32,487 bases of DNA from Ginkgo biloba (lineage: Eukaryota > Plantae > Ginkgophyta): contig JANKJI020000002.1 in NCBI GenBank assembly GCA_024626585.2, positions 259,435,707 through 259,468,193 of the forward strand. Reading direction: 5' to 3'. Position 1 is the first letter of the stretch. Every line of letters begins with the position of its first letter. Below the pieces are notes generated by a model that searched no databases, had not been told where the DNA came from, and saw only the letters and a list, made by a program, of their open reading frames with translations. Positions 24,211 through 32,487 of the stretch are shown here, one piece after another. The position numbers and the translations under genes are program-made.

Positions 24211-24459
24211 NATATATTTTATTGACATTATAACATATATGCTGGTTGAGATCATAAGATTCTTGTAACCAATTCATCCCAAATCATTCATAGTCTTACC
24301 TCCCTAAACTATTCCTATTCTAAATTATCACATTAGAGGTTGGGCTTATGAGCTTCAATCTCAGTAGTTTCCACCATATAATGATATGCAAACTCTAAAA
24401 AGAAGTCGTCAATTGCCTCATATGATATCATAGTGCTAGAAGCATTGTTGTTAAATTTT

Positions 24460-24850
24460 CTAAATGATGGCATGTGTTTCCATTGGCATTATCATGGAGT
24501 TGGCATGTTGCCTTAGGATGAAAGAGTAGTTCCACCCATCTTGTAATGCCTCAATATAATGTAGCCATACTATTCCTAACAATGTAGGATATGATCCACC
24601 CATAGTTGCCATTTTTAATATCACAAAGTCGAGTAGTACTATTATGCTAGTGAAAATTATAAGAACATATTTGCTCGTGTCTATAGGTTGTACTTGGAAT
24701 TGGTCTTCCATAGTTAGGGTATAATTGGATGGCATCTTGGATGGAATCCCAATATCCTTCCATGTATTTTCTAGTAATATGTTTATTGCCAAACCACTGT
24801 CCATAATTTTTCTATCCACTATATACCCTAATACTTACATAGATACAAAT
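24460..24850 (-). pseudogene. Aspartic protease
   Basis: ORF 24460-24819 reads IMDSGLAINILLENTWKDIG...LTMEDQFQVQPI...LDFVILKM...SYPTLLGIVWL, including the DSG active-site motif. Confidence 0.9.
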
Positions 24851-25544
24851 AAATATATTTTTTAAATTAGGTCATACTTGTCAAATTGGTATAGTTCTTC
24901 ATTCTCTAATTATGCAAGAAATTATTTTCAATTGTTTTGTCTTCTAAGACAAAAAAGCTTAAATGAGGGTATGCTCAACTTTTGGCCATCAAAAAATTGT
25001 TTGAGAATTAATCTTCTACTTCTTTGGTGAGTCTTTGTATCTCTTTGCATTTTTTCTTTGCGTTGCATTTTGTAGCCTCTTATTTTTACATGTTTGTTAA
25101 TTCAGTTGGTATTAATGACTTAGTTGGTCTATCATGAGTTTTGTAGGGATTGGTATTGGTCTTATGGTCTGAGTGGAGAATATTTTGGGTGTTGTCTCCT
25201 CCTTTGGTGGTGCTTTGCATACATATTTTTTTGTGATCTTTTGTTTTCTTTCGATTCATTCAATTTCTTTTTGTGCTTTCCCAATTTGTAGTCATTATGC
25301 TTCTTCATGAGTCTTTGTGCCTCTTTACCTTTTGCCTTCACTTTGCATATTGTGGCCTCTAATAATTCCATTAAAGTGGGGAAGTGATCATTTTCCCTCT
25401 TAGGATTTATAAAATCAATATCCATTTGGTTTAGAGTTTGTCTTTTTTTTGTTTCTCATACATACGTTGACATCATGGGTTTATTTGTCGATTGCTTGGT
25501 GTAGAGAATCTTGCTAACTAGTTTTATAACTTTATTCTTCTTAG

Positions 25545-26560
25545 GCAATTTTTTGAAGTGCGGTCACGAAGTATGTAATCCTTACATAGGGAACCCTCAT
25601 CATTTTTCATATACAAGGAATATTATGAGATATGCTCCCTTTCCAAGAATCACATGCAACATATAGCGATGGGTTGGTCTTAATGGTTGGCACCTTGGTA
25701 ATTGATATTACTATGATAATTTCTTTTGTATCCTACTCACTATCCTTTACCATGTCCTTGTCAATTCTAGCAACTGCAAAGTTTATAATAATAATACTTT
25801 GTATCATGGCTATCTTTCTCACAGATTGTGCACCACTTGCTTTTGTGAGTGGTGGTTTGTTCAGTATGTTTGGTATGGGTATGATCCATATTATTATATC
25901 TTGTACACCATGAATTTTCTCGGGCATGCTCTTGCTTCCCAAGTTTCAATTTAGAAAATTTTGAATGAAACCGCTCGATCTATGCATATTTATTATTAAT
26001 CTTCTCTAGATATTTAGTAAGGTTTTTCACTAGTACATAGTCGAAAGGAAAGTCTTCTTGGTGCTAATGATTTNNNNNNNNNNGATGGGAGTGAAATTTA
26101 TTAATTATCATTTATTTTTTGAATTCCTTAGCCAAATTCCAAACTTGCTCATAGTTATCCATTGGTATTTTTTTACCTTATGTTGATATGGAAGTAGTAA
26201 TCATTTTACGAAATAATGTAATATATGAATTGGTGTAATTGTATTTTGTGCATCTAGTTTCAAAGAAACTACTTATAATCTCTAATTGTTTCCCTATATC
26301 TTTTCTTAATTTCTCTTGAGGTTTGATTGCTAGATTATGTAGGATCTAAAATCGATCTAGGATCATTTCTTTAATATGTACCCATGAGTGATGTCATATG
26401 CACAAGATACAAGATAAGGAAGGACTTGAAAGTGTTGAAAAGAATCTTCACTTAATTTCTTCTTCATCCTTCAAGCAATGTAAGGCACACCTATTGATGA
26501 ATATGACTAAATTATTTAATGTGTCATTGTGGCCATCAAATATTAAGTGCAATAGTGATT
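25545..26560 (-). pseudogene. Gag with degenerate CCHC knuckles
   Basis: IFDGHND...RFFSTLS...SWVHIKEMILDRF...YEQVWNLAKEF, followed by WCTRYNNMDH, WCTICEKDSHDTK, a CC..EH remnant and LCKDYILRDRTSKNC (25545-25586). Confidence 0.75.
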
Positions 26561-27937
26561 TATCTATCTATATTATTATAGGTGTTACTCCTCCATTACG
26601 TTCATATCAAAGTTATTATATCCTCCAACGTTATTATTATTGTCGTTGAAATTTTCCTTATGGTTATTGAAGTTACGTCCCTTGTTANNNNNNNNNNNNN
26701 NNNNNNNNNNNNNNNNNNNNNNNNNNNNNNNNNNNNNNNNNNNNNNNNNNNNNNNNNNNNNNNNNNNNNNNNNNNNNNNNNNNNNNNCCAATGCAAGAAT
26801 ATAGATTTTTTTTTTTTTTTTGAGGAATATGTTTGTTCAGATTGCCCAAGATGGCAATGAACCAACATGTGAAGCAGAGGAAAGTCCCTAAACTTGTAGG
26901 TAGCCATTTTGTTCTTGATTCATCAAGAATAGGCCCTAACCCCCTTTTATTTTGATCGATAAGTTGACTCCATTCAACGTACATCTCACTGATAAAAAAA
27001 TGGCCATAGATCGAATGCTCTCATGGAGAAGAAATGATAGAATAGAATAGGAGTGGAGAAAGGATTAGCATTTAGATGAGGCCTTTATGTTCCCATTCAT
27101 ATATCCTTGTTGACCTTGAATCTCCCCTATTTGAGATTTTCTATATAAAATAAACCCCTTATTCAAAATTAAAATAGGTATAGGCCAACGAATAATAGGC
27201 TATTAAGACATCAAAGATGTTCATACTTCTTCATTGGATTCCTCTCCCCCAACCTTTCTAGTCTTGTTATTTCATACAAATTTTTTTTGACCTAATGAAC
27301 CAACTCTAGGTAGGATCAAAGATCAAACCAACCAATTACAAGGAATGACCCCTCTAGCATGATCATAACACTAATCCTTCATGTAACGAACCATTTTGGG
27401 CAAGTGGGGTCAAACCAAGGAGGAAGAATAGGAAGAAGGATGCTTCCCCACTAACTCATTATTGACTTAGAAGTTTTTAACTAAAAAGAGATAAATTATT
27501 AATGATTCATATATGAGTCTTTATTACATCTCTACAAGGTGATCATTGAAGAATGATTGTTTCCCCCCAAGGCAACTTCTTCAGAATCTTATTAGGAAAC
27601 AAAGGTGACAAAAGTGTTNNNNNNNNNNNNNNNNNNNNNNNNNNNNNNNGTTGTAGTGAGGCAATTGGTAGGGCCTCTTACAATTGTTCCTTTCATCCTT
27701 CCCACCAACTTGCATAGCTTCTATCCTTGCCATATATTTTCATCCAATGGTGATATCCTTATGATATAGATTAAACCATTGCAATAGCATGAGGAATTTT
27801 TCTTTCATCACCTTATTGACAATGAATTATTAGTTCTTTATTCAATTATTAACTCAAGTCCAATACTAAGACACCACTTCCCCATTCATCATATAAATGA
27901 AGGAGATTCAAAATATAGTGATTCTTAATCACTTGGT

Positions 27938-27949
27938 GCATCGCCACCA
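27938..27949 (-). promoter_or_regulatory. Candidate primer-binding site, tRNA-Ala-like
   Basis: The plus strand reads GCATCGCCACCA versus the plant tRNA-Ala 3' end GCATCTCCACCA (1 mismatch, tRNA sequence recalled from memory). On the minus strand it follows a CA dinucleotide (27953-27954) by 3 nt. Confidence 0.45.
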
Positions 27950-28208
27950 ACATGAATTACTCTATGCTTAGTGTGTGTGAGAAACACAAATATGACCTAT
28001 TGAATCACTAAGAAATCCATTCATTACTATATCAACTCAAAAATATGGTAACCATGCGATACGAAGCTCACCTCCTACTATATGAAAGTAGGTTCTAAGG
28101 ATCAAGAATTTGTATTATGTAACATATTCTAAAATATATCCCTTAATTCGCTTGTCCTAACTATGATGGAAAAAATTATATCTAACTTAGTGGGATCGAA
28201 ACATCTTC

Positions 28209-28425
28209 CAACCTTTTCACCATGAAGTTTCTTCTCAACCTTTCTATATCTTAATAAGGATATTCAACCTTTTCACCATAAAGTTTCTTCTCCACTCTTC
28301 TATATCTTGATAAGGATATTCAACCTTTTAACCATAAAGTTTCTTCTCCACCCTTCTATATCCTGATAAGGATATTCAACCTTTTTACCATAAAGTTTCT
28401 GCTTTACCCTTCTATATCCCAATAA
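28209..28425. repeat. 56-bp tandem repeat, about 3.9 copies
   Basis: Units start at 28209, 28265, 28321 and 28377; approximate consensus caaccttttcaccataaagtttcttctccacccttctatatcttgataaggatatt. Confidence 0.97.
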
Positions 28426-29357
28426 TAAGAATAGGGTCTGGTAGCTCTCTATAGTCCCATCCTATGAATAAGGCCCATTAATTAAGTGAGGGGTCACATC
28501 TCTTAGCTAATATATTTGTTGGCTCTCTCTCCCTGATGAGAAATATTTTTTTCACTCACTTTATTCAAGAACATTTCTCATATCACTAAGCTACCTAACT
28601 CAAATTGATAACTAGCTAGCTAACTCTAGGCTATCAAGTTTTATCATTGGGGGGGGAGGATTATTCCCTTATCCATTTATTGGATCTTCACCTTTGTGGG
28701 AACCCTTATGGGTTAAAGACCTAACCAAGCTATGGGTTATTATAGGTAGGTGTTATCCCATTTACTTCATTAAAATATAGTAATATCGCTATTGAGTGCT
28801 ATTTAAGAATCAGTCTAGGACCAACCATCCATAAAAGGTGAAGCTATCTCTTATTATAAGGATCTGATAGTGAGAGACAAAAATAGGAATTTTCTTATGT
28901 CATAAACTATCTTGAATGGCCATAAGTGATAGTCGACTCAAAAAGTAGTTTTTTGGCATAGGATGTAAATAACATAAATCTAAGCCTTTGTTAAATCTTA
29001 TCACTATTATTATCATTGTTATAGTTCAAGAGGTTAAAGAGAAAGCTCTAAATAGAGNNNNNNNNNNNNNNNNNNNNNNNNNNNNNNNNNNNNNNNNNNN
29101 NNNNNNNNNNNNNNNNNNNNNNNNNNNNNNNNNNNNNNNNNNNNNNNNNNNNNNNNNTCTCTCTCTATTAGGAAAAAATCCATTTCTCCTCAAAGGTCAC
29201 AATCACCATTATAACAACTAATAATAGGAGGAATAACATATTGGCTACAACCCAAAATACCACAATATCGATTCAATGGGTAAATTGAACCATTAAAATT
29301 TATTAACAAATTAAAAATAACTTTTCTTAACTCACAAACAATAATGGGGGTAAAACA

Positions 29358-30457
29358 AATTAAAATTTACAAAGGCCAAGGATCACAACACAACCAAAAC
29401 AATCAAAACAACATTGGAGAAATAACATTTCTTTAACATGGTGGTACTAACTTACTACACCATAAACTGACACTCAGGACTTGATCTAATCAGGAACATA
29501 TGCCTAACCATAAACACATCTCTCCAATAGAAAGCATTACATGTGACTTTTTAGTTCTGATTGACTCTTCACATCCCAGACCCTTACCATTCCTCCTAAN
29601 NNNNNNNNNNNNNNNNNNNNNNNNNNNNNNNNNNNNNNNNNNNNNNNNNNNAGTCCAACAATCCCCCCTTAAACTAATATTCTTTAGTTATATTTAACAT
29701 CTATTTCATCCAACACCCTGTCACACCCTCAGCCGATTACATTTAACTCATGTACATCCATGTGACCATAATTTATATATCCGAGGGACTTTTATATTAT
29801 TTAACATCAATTAACCTTTGATACATGTGACCATGGTATTAATTTGTAGGGGATAATGAACTTAAAAGGACAAACTTCAAAATAAATTCCAAATGGATTA
29901 AATCACATGTTGACATTTGAAAAATATTTTTTTGAAAAAAAACTTTTGAACACTCCATGCAGAGCCATGCCTCGCCTGATTATTCATCCCACCACGACTA
30001 TTGCGTGCCCCACCAATTCAAAATTCTTGTATCTACGTCGATAGAGCTGCGACTCTCCATGGACGTCATGGATGCAACCTCATCTCCACATCCCATCACG
30101 GTTAGATATGCTCCTAGTTACTCAATGCTATGCCTCTGATGATGTTGCTCATTTATCATTCATCATTCCAACGTTGCAACGGGTTACTCTTCATCATGAA
30201 AGGTATGCAACTCATCCACCAACACCACAATCAAACTGTGGCATCTTCATATCCCATGGTTGTTGGATCTATCCCATTTATATCTCTAATACCATATTAA
30301 AATGTACAAAGGCCAAGGATCACAAGACAACTAGAACAATCACAACAACATTGGATAAATAACATTTCATTAACATGGTGGTACCATCTTACTACACTGC
30401 AAACTGGCATCCGAAACTTGTTTAGACCAAGAAAAAATGTCTAACCACTAAACCATC
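29358..30457 (-). mobile_element. TRIM-like non-autonomous LTR element (Met PBS, PPT, short LTRs, about 630 bp non-coding interior)
   Basis: Direct repeats 29358-29520 and 30295-30457 (offset 937). Minus-strand PBS TGGTATTAGAG at 30284-30294 (cf. TGGTATCAGAGC) abuts the right repeat. Minus-strand PPT AAGGGGGGAT at 29661-29670 abuts TGTTGG at 29660. Confidence 0.75.
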
Positions 30458-31469
30458 NNNNNNNNNNNNNNNNNNNNNNNNNNNNNNNNNNNNNNNNNNN
30501 NNNNNNNNNNNNNNNNNNNNNNNNNNNNNNNNNNNNNNNNNNNNNNNNNNNNNNNNNNNNNNNNNNNNNNNNNNNNNNNNNNNNNNNNNNNNNNNNNNNN
30601 NNNNNNNNNNNNNNNNNNNNNNNNNNNNNNNNNNNNNNNNNNNNNNNNNNNNNNNNNNNNNNNNNNNNNNNNNNNNNNNNNNNNNNNNNNNNNNNNNNNN
30701 NNNNNNNNNNNNNNNNNNNNNNNNNNNNNNNNNNNNNNNNNNNNNNNNNNNNNNNNNNNNNNNNNNNNNNNNNNNNNNNNNNNNNNNNNNNNNNNNNNNN
30801 NNNNNNNNNNNNNNNNNNNNNNNNNNNNNNNNNNNNNNNNNNNNNNNNNNNNNNNNNNNNNNNNNNNNNNNNNNNNNNNNNNNNNNNNNNNNNNNNNNNN
30901 NNNNNNNNNNNNNNNNNNNNNNNNNNNNNNNNNNNNNNNNNNNNNNNNNNNNNNNNNNNNNNNNNNNNNNNNNNNNNNNNNNNNNNNNNNNNNNNNNNNN
31001 NNNNNNNNNNNNNNNNNNNNNNNNNNNNNNNNNNNNNNNNNNNNNNNNNNNNNNNNNNNNNNNNNNNNNNNNNNNNNNNNNNNNNNNNNNNNNNNNNNNN
31101 NNNNNNNNNNNNNNNNNNNNNNNNNNNNNNNNNNNNNNNNNNNNNNNNNNNNNNNNNNNNNNNNNNNNNNNNNNNNNNNNNNNNNNNNNNNNNNNNNNNN
31201 NNNNNNNNNNNNNNNNNNNNNNNNNNNNNNNNNNNNNNNNNNNNNNNNNNNNNNNNNNNNNNNNNNNNNNNNNNNNNNNNNNNNNNNNNNNNNNNNNNNN
31301 NNNNNNNNNNNNNNNNNNNNNNNNNNNNNNNNNNNNNNNNNNNNNNNNNNNNNNNNNNNNNNNNNNNNNNNNNNNNNNNNNNNNNNNNNNNNNNNNNNNN
31401 NNNNNNNNNNNNNNNNNNNNNNNNNNNNNNNNNNNNNNNNNNNNNNNTATGAAATATATTTATCATTAA

Positions 31470-32487
31470 TTATAGGAATACCTCAGTCAGACACATTTAA
31501 AATTCATGGATTTATACAAAAAGGAATAGAGTTGATCTTGGTTGATTTAGATAGTAAACACAAATTCATTGGTATATGCCAAATTGAAAATCTTGGCCTC
31601 CATCATTAAAATCAAGAAATCTTTCTCGTATCCTCCCTAGGCATTAGTTAATAATGTGTTGAGGCATAATTAATAATGTACAAGTCCACTTAGGATATTA
31701 CACACTTAAGGATACCTTTCTATTATGGGTGAAGATACAATATTATGTATGTAATGGATCTACACACTAGGGTCCTATTTCACAAACCATGATGAATGTT
31801 TTATGAAATTTAATTTGGATAACAAAATTTAGAAGATAAATGGAACATGTCCCAGTCAAAATAAATTCATCAAATTAAAACAAATGGACAATATCTTATG
31901 AAAGGGACATATTTGATTTATGGCCAAAAAATATGGAAGGGTATACATCTCGAAAACAAAATAATGATGAGGAACTAATCAATGAAGGAAAATAAAAAGA
32001 TATCAATTTAATACTACAAAGGCATAGCTAAGTATTTAATGACCTACCTAAGGCTATGCCCCCAAATAGAGGAATTGAACACATCATAGAAATCAAGTCA
32101 AATAAAGGCCTAACTATTATTAAACCCCACCATTATAACTATAAATAGAAAACTAAAATTGAAATATTAACTTGGATCTTCTTGAAGTTGGCATAATTTC
32201 ATATAACAAAATACTTTTCACAACACCCATAGTGATTGCAAGAAAAAAAGATGGATCTTTTCATCTTTGTATCAATTATAGAGTTCTTAATAAAATATTA
32301 ATAAAAAATAAATTTCCTGTGCCCAGGATTGATGATATCCTTGATCAATTTTATGGATCTCAGTACTTATCTATAATAGAATTATAATCAGGATACTATC
32401 AAATTTCCATACGAATCGAAGAGAGACACAAAATAACATTTTTCACACCTTAAGGCCTTTATGAGTTTTGTGTCATGCCCTTCAACT
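31470..32487 (+). mobile_element. Chromovirus-type Ty3/gypsy pol fragment (protease plus RT N-terminus), runs off the window
   Basis: TFKIHGFIQ...ILVDLDSKHKFI (cf. ILIDSGSTHNFI); VFNDLPKAMPPNRGIEHIIEI; PIVIARKKDGSFHLCINYRVLNKILIKNKFPVPRIDDILDQ..GSQYLS.IEL*SGYYQI...GLYEFCVMPF. Confidence 0.9.

Larger units (their letters stand above)
24211..27949 (-). mobile_element. 5' half of an inactive non-chromovirus Ty3/gypsy element (PBS, 5' leader, gag, protease)
   Basis: PBS-like motif, Gag core, knuckles and protease occur in the correct order on the minus strand. Pol is lost at or in the 23310-24210 gap. Confidence 0.8.

Noticed and set aside
23080-24277. Long ORFs of 330-390 aa (also 1352-1947, 21025-21746, 30441-31466)
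   Set aside because: They consist almost entirely of X residues from N gaps, so they are not evidence of genes.
28188-28203. tagtgggatcgaaac as a Met PBS
   Set aside because: Several mismatches to TGGTATCAGAGC, no adjacent CA LTR end, and no downstream gag.
28209-28425. CRISPR-like regular repeat
   Set aside because: The units are contiguous with no unique spacers, there are no cas genes, and the context is eukaryotic TE DNA.
29358-29660. Cassandra-type TRIM with a 5S rRNA domain
   Set aside because: No 5S A-box/C-box similarity is visible in the sequenced part of the LTR.

Overview
AT-rich, gap-riddled eukaryotic scaffold, almost certainly plant repeat-rich DNA; the element styles suggest a large-genome seed plant such as a gymnosperm, which is inference only. 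I find no intact protein-coding gene, RNA gene or CRISPR array, and the long X-filled ORFs in the track are N-gap artefacts. The window is a nest of decayed LTR retrotransposons. (i) A near-complete but composite Athila-like Ty3/gypsy element on + (about 10766-22326): LTR, tRNA-Asp-type PBS, Gag with four CCHC knuckles, a duplicated protease/RT block, RT-RNaseH-integrase, a relic extra ORF, PPT and LTR. (ii) A related minus-strand gag-protease element with a tRNA-Ala-like PBS (about 24211-27949). (iii) Further minus-strand gypsy fragments: protease at 150-1030, RT at 7140-8200, integrase at about 10480-10765. (iv) A chromovirus-type pol start at the right end. (v) A TRIM-like mini-element (about 29358-30457) and a 56-bp tandem array. 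The only host-gene relic is a heavily decayed PLS-class PPR pseudogene (minus strand, about 5080-6830). The most curious signals are a GC-retaining/AT-decayed/AT-decayed/GC-retaining pattern across the internal duplication, the four-knuckle Gag shared by two elements, a triplicated PBS and the TRIM. I cannot support a claim of a wholly new biological system. All calls come from manual translation and by-eye alignment.
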